Positions 52,514 to 64,000 of a stretch of 64,000 bases of DNA are shown here, in pieces (the stretch's first letter is position 1; each line of letters opens with the position of its first letter). The stretch spans positions 1 through 64,000 of the forward strand of contig CAVTCR010000060.1 of NCBI GenBank assembly GCA_963733195.1, given 5' to 3'. This stretch comes from an uncultured delta proteobacterium. Lineage in GTDB: Bacteria; Desulfobacterota; Binatia; Bin18. The notes below the pieces were generated by a model, which did no database searches, was not told the origin of the DNA, and saw only the letters and a program-made list of their open reading frames with translations. The translations under genes and the position numbers were made by a program.

Positions 52514-52879
52514 ATGTCACTAGCGAAACAGCCACGGGTAGGAATTATCGGATTATTGCTGCTCACGTTGATGGTGGGGTGTTCCCAGCCGCTTAACAAA
52601 CGGGAGAAAGGAGCTTTGATTGGCGGTGGACTCGGGGCAGCCACGGGAGCCATTATCGGGGCCTCGGTTGGTAACCCTGCTGCCGGTGCAGCGATTGGTG
52701 GGGCTGTCGGCGCTGTGGGTGGGGGAATCATCGGAGACCAGTTCCAGGGAGTCGAGAACCGACAGAATGCGCAACAAACACAATTAAACGCGCAGCAGAG
52801 AGAGATCAAACGCCAACGCCAAGAGATTAACAAACTCAAAAAGAAGAAAGTCGTGAAGAAGAAATACCAGTACGAGTAA
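52514..52879 (+). CDS. Glycine-zipper lipoprotein
   Basis: Lipobox MVG-C; GALIGGGLGAATGAIIG...GAAIGGAVGAVGGGIIG. Confidence 0.85.
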   Translation: MSLAKQPRVGIIGLLLLTLMVGCSQPLNKREKGALIGGGLGAATGAIIGASVGNPAAGAAIGGAVGAVGGGIIGDQFQGVENRQNAQQTQLNAQQREIKRQRQEINKLKKKKVVKKKYQYE

Positions 52880-52974
52880 TCTCGACCAAAGTTCCTCTGG
52901 TGTTTCCACCCACCTTACTGTCGGGGTGGCGCGCTAGCTGTCCCGACATGCTCCCAATGAACAGATGAGATGTC

Positions 52975-53385
52975 CTAGTGGTTTGCCCCCGCGATCTCAA
53001 TACGCGCTTGGGCGCGGCGACGAGCGGCATCGGCCTCGGCGAACGTTGGATCAGTGGGTGAGAGCGTTTTCAGGCTCTCTTCTGCTTTCTGTAGTGCAGT
53101 CCGTGCACGTTCGACATTGATCTCCTTGATCGCTTCTGCACTGTCGGCAAGAACGGTCATGATATTGTCTGAAACCTCAGCAAACCCACCCCCAATAACT
53201 AGTGTATGATTTTGCCCTCTTTGTTTGTAGAGTAAGCGTCCCGGCTGGAGGGAAGAGAGAAACGTGACATGGTTGGGAAGTACACCAAACTCACCGGCTG
53301 TTCCAGGGGCGGTGACTTCCTCTACCTCTTCATCGAGCACTTGCCGCTCAGGAGTAACGATACGGAGACGGAGAGTATCTGCCAT
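52975..53385 (-). CDS. atpC: ATP synthase F1 epsilon subunit
   Basis: IVTPER, GEFGVLPNH, GGFAEV. Confidence 0.96.
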   Translation of the reverse strand: MADTLRLRIVTPERQVLDEEVEEVTAPGTAGEFGVLPNHVTFLSSLQPGRLLYKQRGQNHTLVIGGGFAEVSDNIMTVLADSAEAIKEINVERARTALQKAEESLKTLSPTDPTFAEADAARRRAQARIEIAGANH

Positions 53386-53457
53386 AGTTATAAAATGATG
53401 AAGTGAGAATGAAGAATAAAGAGTTACGAGAAAAGGCTTCTTCGCTCCTCGTTCGTA

Positions 53458-55751
<2,294 letters not shown>

Positions 55752-55755
55752 AAGA

Positions 55756-57264
55756 TTACGCCGTAAAAGTCTCGTTAAATTGTTGCAGTGCCGCGTTCAT
55801 CTTCTCTTTGAGATCATCCGTCAATTCACGTTTGGTGCGAATATCATTAAAGACGCCCGGATGACGGGTTTCAACGAAGCGATGTAGTTCGGTTTCATAT
55901 TTTTTGAGTGCACTTTCGGGGATCTGATCAACAAACCCGTTTGTCCCAGCGTAGAGTATGAGAATTTGTCGTTCAACCGGCAGCGGCTGATACTGACCTT
56001 GCTTGAGGATTTCCACCAAGCGTGAGCCACGTGACAACATACGTTGGGTCGTGGCATCAAGGTCTGAACCAAACTGCGCAAAGGCAGCCATTTCGCGATA
56101 TTGTGCGAGGTCGAGTCGTAACGAGCCAGCGATTTGCCGCATAGCCCTAATCTGTGCCGAGCCTCCGACGCGAGACACGGAAATACCGACGTTCACTGCA
56201 GGCCGCACACCGGCATAGAAAAGGTCACTTTCCAGGTAAATCTGGCCGTCAGTAATCGAAATGACGTTCGTGGGGATGTAGGCTGACACATCACCAGCTT
56301 GCGTCTCAATCACTGGCAGTGCAGTCAAAGAACCACCGCCTTCTGCATCACTCATCTTGGCAGCACGTTCGAGCAGACGCGAGTGGAGATAGAACACGTC
56401 ACCAGGATAGGCCTCACGACCCGGTGGGCGACGGAGTAACAATGAGAGTTGCCGATAGGCTACGGCGTGTTTAGAAAGGTCATCGTATGCGATCATTGCA
56501 TGTTTGCCGATGTCACGGAAATATTCCCCAATGGCACAACCAGCATACGGCGCAATATACTGGAGGGGCGCAGCCTCAGAAGCAGTTGCTGTCACTACTG
56601 TCGTGTATTCCATTGCCCCAGCACGAGTTAGCCGTTCCACCACTTGGGCAACAGTTGAGCGTTTTTGACCAATGGCAACATAGATGCAGAAAACGTCGCC
56701 GCCCTTTTGATTGATGATTGTGTCAATAATGAGGGCGGTCTTGCCGGTCTGACGATCACCAATAATCAGTTCGCGTTGTCCACGACCAATCGGGATCATC
56801 GAGTCGATCGCTTTAATGCCAGTCTGGAGTGCCTGCTTCACTGACTGGCGCAGGACGATACCTGGTGCTTTAACCTCAATGCGGCGTGTATCCTTGGTAG
56901 AAATCGGTCCTTTGCCATCAACCGGCTGGCCAAGGGCGTTGACTACCCGGCCTAGCATCGCATCCCCGATTGGAACTTCAGCGATGCGGCCCGTACGGCG
57001 AACTTCGTCTCCTTCTTTGATGGCCTGGACTTCACCGAAAATCGCAGTGCCGACATTATCTTCTTCCAGGTTGAGGGCAATGCCGTAGATATCATGGGGA
57101 AACAGCAGTAACTCTCCAGAGGCGACACGGTCGAGTCCGTGAACCCGAGCAATGCCATCACCAGCAGAGAGGACTGTTCCAGTCTCTCGCACCTCGACCT
57201 GTTTGTCATAGCCTTGAATTTGTTGCTTAATGATTTCGCTGATTTCGGCAGCTTTCAGTTCCAT
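55756..57264 (-). CDS. atpA: ATP synthase F1 alpha subunit
   Basis: [29 protein letters not shown]. Confidence 0.98.
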   Translation of the reverse strand: MELKAAEISEIIKQQIQGYDKQVEVRETGTVLSAGDGIARVHGLDRVASGELLLFPHDIYGIALNLEEDNVGTAIFGEVQAIKEGDEVRRTGRIAEVPIGDAMLGRVVNALGQPVDGKGPISTKDTRRIEVKAPGIVLRQSVKQALQTGIKAIDSMIPIGRGQRELIIGDRQTGKTALIIDTIINQKGGDVFCIYVAIGQKRSTVAQVVERLTRAGAMEYTTVVTATASEAAPLQYIAPYAGCAIGEYFRDIGKHAMIAYDDLSKHAVAYRQLSLLLRRPPGREAYPGDVFYLHSRLLERAAKMSDAEGGGSLTALPVIETQAGDVSAYIPTNVISITDGQIYLESDLFYAGVRPAVNVGISVSRVGGSAQIRAMRQIAGSLRLDLAQYREMAAFAQFGSDLDATTQRMLSRGSRLVEILKQGQYQPLPVERQILILYAGTNGFVDQIPESALKKYETELHRFVETRHPGVFNDIRTKRELTDDLKEKMNAALQQFNETFTA

Positions 57265-57375
57265 TGCTCCCTCATCTTTAGAAATGCTCACAAATGGACC
57301 GTCCATCAATGGTGACGGCGCTTATTGCCCTGTGGAAATCCATCTTTGTTGTCTTTTCTGAAATTTTTTCGTTAC

Positions 57376-57919
57376 TTAGATTTGCTGTGCGAGTGCGTCG
57401 CCCATCCGTCGTAGTTGCGCTTGTAGACTCGCGTCATAAACTTTCCCCTCAATCTCTACGACGATACCGCTCAGCAGCGTTGGATCAACTGTCACTGTTG
57501 GAATCACTGTTTTTCCGGTGCGGCGACTAAACGCCTCCACCAGCGAGCGCAAGTTCTTTCGCTGAAAGCGTGGCTGCAGTACGAATCTGCGCACGCACTT
57601 TTCCGCTCATACGCTCAAGCCGTGCTTGGTATGCACCATAAACGTCTTTCAGTATCGTTAGGCGATCATTATCCGCGAGTACCCGTAGAAAACTGCTGAG
57701 TGTCGGGTTGGGTTTCGCCGAAGCGACGATCTGTTCAATGATGTCTTTCCGTGCTTTGAGCGGAAGCGTTGGCAAAAGGAGGACTTTTTCAATTGCCGGA
57801 TCAGCAATAGCAGTGACGATTTGTAACAGTTCGTTTCCGATAGTTTCTTCTGCCTTTTGTGCTTGTGCAAGGTCAAGCAAGGCTTTGGCGTAACGTCTAG
57901 CGGCTGGCGTTTGCGGCAT
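57376..57919 (-). CDS. atpH: ATP synthase delta subunit (frameshift near 57545)
   Basis: ARRYAKAL...; second frame VDPTLLSGIVVEIEGKVYDAS. Confidence 0.92.
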
Positions 57920-58511
57920 TCTGTACCTCAGTCATAAGATCTTGAACAAAACGACGATGATCTGCCTGCGCGAGACGTGATTGCAACAGTTCCGTCGCCA
58001 TTCGTACGGCTTGGTTCGCTACCTCTTGGCGTAGGACGCGCCGCGCTTCTTCAACTTCTCGCTGTGCAATTTGCTGGACTTCGTTTTTCATGCGTTCGGC
58101 CATTTGTCGAGCTTCTTCTACGATGCGACTTCGTTCGCGTTCCGCTGCTTCAAGAGCTTGTACCCGTATCTTCTCCTGTTCAGCTGCCAGTCCAGCGAGC
58201 TTCTGCTCGTATTCTTGGCGGAGACTTTCTGCCTCTTCTTTTGCCCGTTTCGCTTCGTCTAGCGCCTGGACGATCTTCTCTCGACGTTGGCGTACAGCGT
58301 CCCTAACAGCAGGAATCACATACTTCCACAGGACAAAAGCGAAGATAAGGAAGTTTATCGCAGGGAAAATAAGTCCCGAAATATGCGGGCCGTGTTCTCC
58401 ATGCCCTTCCCCGTGTCCTTCCTCCACTGCCCATAACATGGCAGGCAGGAGAAGAAAGAAGAGAGCAGTGACAAAACCGACCACTTTTCTTAAATGGCTC
58501 TTCATAGTCAC
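57897..58511 (-). CDS. atpF: ATP synthase F0 subunit b
   Basis: His-rich leader, INFLIF TM helix, long coiled coil; position in the operon. Confidence 0.9.
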   Translation of the reverse strand: MTMKSHLRKVVGFVTALFFLLLPAMLWAVEEGHGEGHGEHGPHISGLIFPAINFLIFAFVLWKYVIPAVRDAVRQRREKIVQALDEAKRAKEEAESLRQEYEQKLAGLAAEQEKIRVQALEAAERERSRIVEEARQMAERMKNEVQQIAQREVEEARRVLRQEVANQAVRMATELLQSRLAQADHRRFVQDLMTEVQNAANASR

Positions 58512-58936
58512 GTCAAGGGCCTCCCGAGCAGTTTTTCGCTAATCGTACGGGCAAATTCCGGAGCACGGGCTTCAAGGTCTTTCCTGGCTGCGGCAATCTC
58601 TTGCTGTAGATCTGCACGCATGGTTGCAAGTGTCTGATTTGTTTCAGCGCGAGCCGCGTCGATCAGTGTTTTTGCTTGGTCTTCTGCTGCACTATAGACC
58701 GTATCCACTTGCTGCATGGTGCCAGTCCTGATTTCTGCCAGCTGGACTTTATAGCGGTCTTCTATTGATTCCGCATCGGCTCTGACTTGTTGCGCCTCTT
58801 TGAGAGCTCCTTCTCTCCGCTGGGTACGTTGTTGCATGACTGCCAAGTGCGGCTCAAAGAGAAACTTGCGTAGAAACATCCATAATGCGAGAAACAGGAC
58901 GATCTGAAAGATTAACGACTGATCTATTGATAACAC
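58508..58936 (-). CDS. ATP synthase F0 subunit b'
   Basis: QIVLFLALWMFLRKFLFEP plus coiled coil, ending KLLGR. Confidence 0.88.
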   Translation of the reverse strand: MLSIDQSLIFQIVLFLALWMFLRKFLFEPHLAVMQQRTQRREGALKEAQQVRADAESIEDRYKVQLAEIRTGTMQQVDTVYSAAEDQAKTLIDAARAETNQTLATMRADLQQEIAAARKDLEARAPEFARTISEKLLGRPLT

Positions 58937-59014
58937 AGACCCATTCTCCTTACTGTGTGAAAAGACTTCATACCAGTACTGTAAGACGCGTATGTGTGGG
59001 AGATGAGGCGCACC

Positions 59015-59914
59015 TCATCTACGGAGGCGGGTGAGAATCCCTTCCAGCTCCTCGTTTGAGTAATACTCAATTTCTATGCGGCCACCTTTCTTTTTTGGCC
59101 GCAGGCGCACTTTTGTTCCGAAAGTACGAATAAGTTCTTCTTCTAGTGCAGCTATATGAATATCATGACGGACGGTAGGGACTTCGGTCGCGTCGTGGGC
59201 AATAGGAGCTGGTAGCGACTCAGTCAACGGTTGGGCGACGGTTTGGGCAACGAGCGTCTCTGTTTCTCGTACTGAGAGGCCCTGGTGCATGATTCGACGT
59301 GCCATCGCAATTTGTTGTTCCGGCGTACCAAGAGAGAGCAAGGTCCTCGCATGACCAATGGAGAGGCCGCCTCGGTCGATTTCTTCCTTGATCTCATCCG
59401 GGAGGCTTAAGACTCGCAGCAGGTTGGTAATCACCGGGCGGCTCTTTCCTACTCGCGAGGCAACTTCTTCCTGCGTCAGGTGCAACTCCTCCATAAGTTG
59501 ACGGTAGGCCAAGGCTTCTTCGATCGGCGTCAACTCTTCGCGCTGAATGTTTTCCACTAACGCCATTTCCATACTTTGGGCGTCAGTGACCTCTTTGATG
59601 ATAACCGGTACGAGATCGAGACCAGCTTTTTGCGCAGCGCGTAACCGTCGTTCGCCAATGATCAGCTCATAGCCTTGCTCCAACTTGCGGACAATCAACG
59701 GTTGGAGGATTCCCTGCTGCTTGATGGACTCCGCGAGTTCGGCGAGTCGCGTATCATCAAAATAGCGACGTGGCTGGTGTGGATTGGGACGAATCTCTGT
59801 TACAAGCACCCGGCGATCGGCTGGTGGCGAATTCGACGGCGTCCCCTGCGGAATGAGCGCCCCCAGACCGCGACCGAGCGCACGGCGTTTTACTAGACTG
59901 ACGGTTTCACTCAT
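59015..59914 (-). CDS. parB: Chromosome partitioning protein ParB
   Basis: LGRGLGALI, NPHQPR, GERRLRA, ENIQRE, HTH VGKSR. Confidence 0.96.
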   Translation of the reverse strand: MSETVSLVKRRALGRGLGALIPQGTPSNSPPADRRVLVTEIRPNPHQPRRYFDDTRLAELAESIKQQGILQPLIVRKLEQGYELIIGERRLRAAQKAGLDLVPVIIKEVTDAQSMEMALVENIQREELTPIEEALAYRQLMEELHLTQEEVASRVGKSRPVITNLLRVLSLPDEIKEEIDRGGLSIGHARTLLSLGTPEQQIAMARRIMHQGLSVRETETLVAQTVAQPLTESLPAPIAHDATEVPTVRHDIHIAALEEELIRTFGTKVRLRPKKKGGRIEIEYYSNEELEGILTRLRR

Positions 59915-60717
59915 CGTTCTGCTCCTTCCGCATGCGCCAGGTCAGCCCAGGCTAGAGGATCACGTTTTGTGACTTCGCGCGCAAGGTCTATGTAGCTTTG
60001 TGCACCGCGACATGAGGGATCATACAAAATGACCGGCAAGCCATGGCTCGGGCTCTCGGTGAGACGAACGTTGCGCGGAATAATCGTATCAAACACATTG
60101 TGAGGAAAAAACTGCCGCACTTCTTCGACGATTTGGTGACTGAGCTTATTCCGCGCGTCAAACATCGTCAGCAGTATGCCCTCGATGGCCAAGTCTGGAT
60201 TCAATTGTTCGCGAATCGCGGTGAGAGTCTCTAACAGTGAGCGCAGTCCCTCAAGCGCGTAATATTCGCATTGTAACGGAACGAGGACGCTATCAGCTGC
60301 CGTCAGCGCATTCACCGTGAGCAGCCCCAGCGAAGGGGGGCAGTCAATGAGAATATATTTATACTGTTCTCGCCCTTTCCGTAATAAGGTTTGCAAGCGA
60401 TATTCGCGATTCTCCACATTGAGGAGCTCAACCTCAGCCCCAATGAGATCATGGTTCGCTGGAAGAACGTCGAGACGAGCGATCGGGGTCTTCTGGACCG
60501 CATCTTGAAATTCACATTCGCCTAAGAGAACCTCGTAAATTGTCGGAGTATCTGCATCGACTTTAATACCAATACCACTTGTGGCGTTTCCTTGTGGGTC
60601 GCAATCAACCAAAAGAGTAGGTTCTTCGGCGACACCTAAAGCTGCAGAAAGATTGATGGCAGTTGTGGTTTTCCCCACCCCACCCTTGCGATTGGCGATA
60701 CAAATGATCCTGCCCAC
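59911..60717 (-). CDS. parA: Chromosome partitioning ATPase ParA/Soj
   Basis: KGGVGKTTT, DPQGNAT, DCPPSLG, PRNVRLTESPS. Confidence 0.96.
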   Translation of the reverse strand: MGRIICIANRKGGVGKTTTAINLSAALGVAEEPTLLVDCDPQGNATSGIGIKVDADTPTIYEVLLGECEFQDAVQKTPIARLDVLPANHDLIGAEVELLNVENREYRLQTLLRKGREQYKYILIDCPPSLGLLTVNALTAADSVLVPLQCEYYALEGLRSLLETLTAIREQLNPDLAIEGILLTMFDARNKLSHQIVEEVRQFFPHNVFDTIIPRNVRLTESPSHGLPVILYDPSCRGAQSYIDLAREVTKRDPLAWADLAHAEGAER

Positions 60718-60859
60718 TGCTGGTTTCCCCTAACATATAAAGGAAAATAAGAAAAGCGCCCCAAGAAAACCTCTTTTCATATCTGAAGTTTAACAAACCT
60801 GATTGTAATAAAAAGTCGTATGCTTGGAGTCAAGGAATAGAAAGAATCTTCCTAGACAA

Positions 60860-60903
60860 TGTGCCACGTGAAACATTGAATCAGTTATGTACCACGTGAA
60901 ACA
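60860..60903. promoter_or_regulatory. Two parS-like sites
   Basis: TGTGCCACGTGAAACA (60860-60875) and TGTACCACGTGAAACA (60888-60903) versus consensus TGTTTCACGTGAAACA. Confidence 0.85.
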
Positions 60904-60904
60904 T

Positions 60905-61568
60905 TTACGCCAATGAGAAAATGAAAAGTGATCGTTTTTCTTTGCCAAACGGTAGATCGTATTTAACTCTCCTTTGCAGAACATAATTATGTCTTTGCAG
61001 CCAATTTTCCTCTTCCTTGATTTCTTTTTCCGCTTTTTCCCCTTTCATAGCTACAATGATTCCTTCATTAGCAAACAAATGGCATGGCGCAAGAGTAAGG
61101 AACTCGCGAATGTTCCACGTGGCACGAGTAATAACGATGTCAAAGCGGATCGCCATCCTTCTTCTCTATTACTTCCTCAGCTCTTCCCTCATGGGCTCGA
61201 GCGTTAGAGAGATTTGCTTTACGAAGGACTTCCCTGAGAAAATTGACCCGTTTTCGTCTCGGTTCAAGAAGGGTCACGGAAAGAGCCGGGTTAGCAATGG
61301 CAAGCGGCAGACCAGGAAAGCCGGCACCACTGCCCAAATCAAGCAACCGTCCTTGCTGTGGAAGTACACTGAGGGCGGCGAGGGAATCGAGAATATGTTT
61401 ACGAATGATAATTCCCGGGTCTGATTGGGAAACAAGGTCGGCAATCTTCGCCCAACGGTTGAGTTCCTCTAGATAGATAGCAATCTGGGCGATGTTGTCT
61501 TCCGTCAATTCGACCTTAAGTAACTTCGCGCCGTTCGTCAAAAGTGTTGATTGCTCATTCGTGAGCAT
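60905..61568 (-). CDS. rsmG: 16S rRNA m7G527 methyltransferase (frameshift near 61150)
   Basis: HILDSL, DLGSGAGFPG; second frame FDIVITRA, AMKG. Confidence 0.93.
61111..61126. promoter_or_regulatory. Third parS-like site within rsmG
   Basis: TGTTCCACGTGGCACG. Confidence 0.6.
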
Positions 61569-61575
61569 GTCTCTA

Positions 61576-63438
61576 TCACGCGGCTCCTACTTTTTTGAGA
61601 TGCACAGCCAGAAGAGAAATTGCAGCAGGGGTGATTCCAGGAATACGAGAGGCTTGACCAAGCGAACGGGGCTGTAACGCAATCAGCTTTTCTCGCACTT
61701 CGGCTGAGAGACTTTGGACAGTCTTGTAGTCAAGGGTCTTAGGAATGTTGACGTCTTCAAGGTGGCGCAGACGTTCCACTCCTTCTTCTTGGCGGCGAAT
61801 ATAGCCGGAGTACTTAATCGAAATCTCCACCTCCGCTGCAACCTCTCGTGAAACGGGAAATGGGGCCGGACTTATCTCTTGTGTCATTGCAAAGGAAATC
61901 TCAGGACGGCGTAAAATCTGCGCTAACGACATCGGCATCTTCAAAGCGGCACTCCCCAGTGCGGTTACTGTCGCATTGTTTTTCTCGTTAGGAACAATGC
62001 TAGTCTCTTCTTGTCGTCGAATCTCGTCTTCAATAGCGTGCTTCTTCGCTGCGGTCCGTTGGTAATCGCTTGCTTGCACAAGTCCGATCGTGTGACCAAA
62101 CTCCCGTAACCGTAAATCCGCATTGTCCTCACGTAGTAACAATCGATGTTCCGCTCGTGAGGTAAACATGCGGTAGGGTTCTCCTCCGACTCCTCGTGTC
62201 ACCAAGTCGTCAATGAGAACTCCAATGTACGCTTGGTCACGCGTGAAAATCAGCGGCTCTTCCTTCTGCAAGCTGAGGACAGCATTTATGGCAGCCATAA
62301 GTCCTTGAGTTGCGGCTTCTTCGTACCCGGTGGTGCCGTTAATCTGTCCAGCATGGTACAGGCCTCGTACAAGTTTCGTCTCTAGCGTGGGGAAAAGTTG
62401 AGTGGGATCGGCGTAATCGTATTCGATCGCATATCCAGGGCGCATAATTTCCGCGCGCTCGAGTCCTTTAATCGAGCGAACCATCTGCAGTTGGATATCG
62501 AGGGGAAGGCTAGTGGACAAACCGTTTGGATATACCTCGACGGTGTCTCTTCCTTCTGGTTCAAGAAAGATTTGATGCCGGATCTTGTCCTTGAAACGAA
62601 CGACTTTGTCCTCAATGGAAGGACAATAACGAGGACCTCTTCCTTGAATGAGGCCGGAGTATAAGGGCGAGCGGTCCAGTCCTGAAAGAATCGTTTGATG
62701 GGTGTTCGCATTCGTATAAGTCAGATAACAAGGAATCTGGGGCTGGGAGATGCGTTCGGTCGAGAAAGAAAGTGGAGGAGCAGGCTCGTCACCATACTGA
62801 GGGTTCGTCACGTTATAATCGATCGTTCGACTATCCAATCGTGGACAGGTACCAGTCTTTAGGCGACCAACACGAAAACCTAATTCACGTAGATGATCAC
62901 TCAATCCCTCAGCAGAAAAATCTCCGGCTCGTCCGGCAGAGTAATTCTTGAGGCCGACATGAATTAGCCCTTTCAGAAACGTTCCAGTAGTCAAAATGAC
63001 CTTTCTCCCAAGAAAAGTTTCGCCAATCTGTGTTTCGACTCCTTGTACTTCACCATTTTCAATTAACAGTCGCTCTGCACATCCTTGACGCAACGTGAGA
63101 TTCTCGGTCGTTTCGATGACTCGCTTCATGCGCTGCCGGTAAAGTGCTTTATCTGCCTGAGCCCGAGTAGCACGGACTGCCGGTCCTTTCCTGGTGTTCA
63201 GCACACGGAACTGAATTCCGGTTTCGTCGATCGCTTTGGCCATCTCACCACCGAGTGCATCTATTTCTCGTACAAGATGGCTTTTGCCGATTCCCCCGAT
63301 GGCCGGGTTACACGACATCTGGCCAATATGGTCCAGGTTCAACGTCAACATCAGCGTTTTGCTGCCGAGTCGAGCTGCAGCAAGTGCCGCTTCAATACCG
63401 GCATGACCAGCGCCAACAACAATTACATCGTAGACCAT
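61576..63438 (-). CDS. mnmG: tRNA uridine 5-carboxymethylaminomethyl modification enzyme
   Basis: [47 protein letters not shown]. Confidence 0.98.
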   Translation of the reverse strand: MVYDVIVVGAGHAGIEAALAAARLGSKTLMLTLNLDHIGQMSCNPAIGGIGKSHLVREIDALGGEMAKAIDETGIQFRVLNTRKGPAVRATRAQADKALYRQRMKRVIETTENLTLRQGCAERLLIENGEVQGVETQIGETFLGRKVILTTGTFLKGLIHVGLKNYSAGRAGDFSAEGLSDHLRELGFRVGRLKTGTCPRLDSRTIDYNVTNPQYGDEPAPPLSFSTERISQPQIPCYLTYTNANTHQTILSGLDRSPLYSGLIQGRGPRYCPSIEDKVVRFKDKIRHQIFLEPEGRDTVEVYPNGLSTSLPLDIQLQMVRSIKGLERAEIMRPGYAIEYDYADPTQLFPTLETKLVRGLYHAGQINGTTGYEEAATQGLMAAINAVLSLQKEEPLIFTRDQAYIGVLIDDLVTRGVGGEPYRMFTSRAEHRLLLREDNADLRLREFGHTIGLVQASDYQRTAAKKHAIEDEIRRQEETSIVPNEKNNATVTALGSAALKMPMSLAQILRRPEISFAMTQEISPAPFPVSREVAAEVEISIKYSGYIRRQEEGVERLRHLEDVNIPKTLDYKTVQSLSAEVREKLIALQPRSLGQASRIPGITPAAISLLAVHLKKVGAA

Positions 63439-63450
63439 GAGATGCCCTAC

Positions 63451-64000
63451 CTATTTGCCAATGCAAAAGTCTCGAAAGATTCGATCCAGAATATCTTCAC
63501 TACTCACATGACCGGTGATCTCACCAATGTGATCAAGAGCTACATGGAGGTCAACAGCGACTAAGTCAAGAGGTACGCCGTTCTGTAAGCTCACGTGCGC
63601 CTGACGAAGACCTTGCTCCGCTTTGAGTAGCGCATCGCGATGCCGTACCTGCGTGACTATAGCTCCGGAAAAAGGAGAAGCACTATCTTGCTGCGAATCG
63701 TTACCAAAAGCGAGCTTCTCTATCCGCTCTCCGAGTTCACTCATTCCGGTTGCTATTTTGGTCGAGAAAACGACAGGCAGGTTTCCGTTCAGATGGAGCG
63801 CAATCTCTTGTGGTTGAACAATGACAGGCAGGTCAACTTTGTTGAGGATAGGAATGGTGTCCTTTTTTTTGATTAACGAGAAAATCAGCTCATCTTCTTC
63901 GTCCAATGGCTGCGAAGCGTCAAACATAGAGATCACGATTTCTGCGGTTTGGAGTCCTTCGAGTGCGCGCTCGACACCAATACGCTCCACTTCATCCACT
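63451..64000 (-). CDS. mnmE: tRNA modification GTPase (C-terminal part, truncated by window edge)
   Basis: VERIGVERA, NKVD, C-terminal IFRDFCIGK. Confidence 0.95.
   Translation of the reverse strand, partial: VDEVERIGVERALEGLQTAEIVISMFDASQPLDEEDELIFSLIKKKDTIPILNKVDLPVIVQPQEIALHLNGNLPVVFSTKIATGMSELGERIEKLAFGNDSQQDSASPFSGAIVTQVRHRDALLKAEQGLRQAHVSLQNGVPLDLVAVDLHVALDHIGEITGHVSSEDILDRIFRDFCIGK

Overview
Bacterial chromosomal window close to the replication origin. The right end carries mnmE-mnmG-rsmG-parA-parB with parS sites, followed by a split F0F1 ATP synthase operon. Gene content (class-3 cyclase/AAA/TPR paralogues, DUF1329, an LLM oxidoreductase, pilMNOPQ-aroCKB order) suggests a deltaproteobacterial-type organism, possibly Binatia; this is inference only. 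Roughly 32-64 kb is housekeeping and 1-32 kb is accessory/metabolic. Many genes, including atpD and atpH, carry single-base frameshifts, so the assembly probably has uncorrected long-read indels. The best candidate for a new system is a defence islet at about 3.3-6.9 kb. It holds a fragmented, AT-rich AbiA-like reverse transcriptase-HEPN gene (minus strand, about 4317-6224). Directly upstream is a GC-rich, multi-hairpin ~200-nt leader containing a module that matches the P2 arm of c-di-GMP-I (GEMM) riboswitches, plus several operator-like palindromes. Other points of interest: an SRA-HNH nuclease, REP palindromes and heptamer repeats inside coding sequences, and long hairpins between pilQ and aroC. 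No tRNA, rRNA, CRISPR array or intact transposase was recognised.
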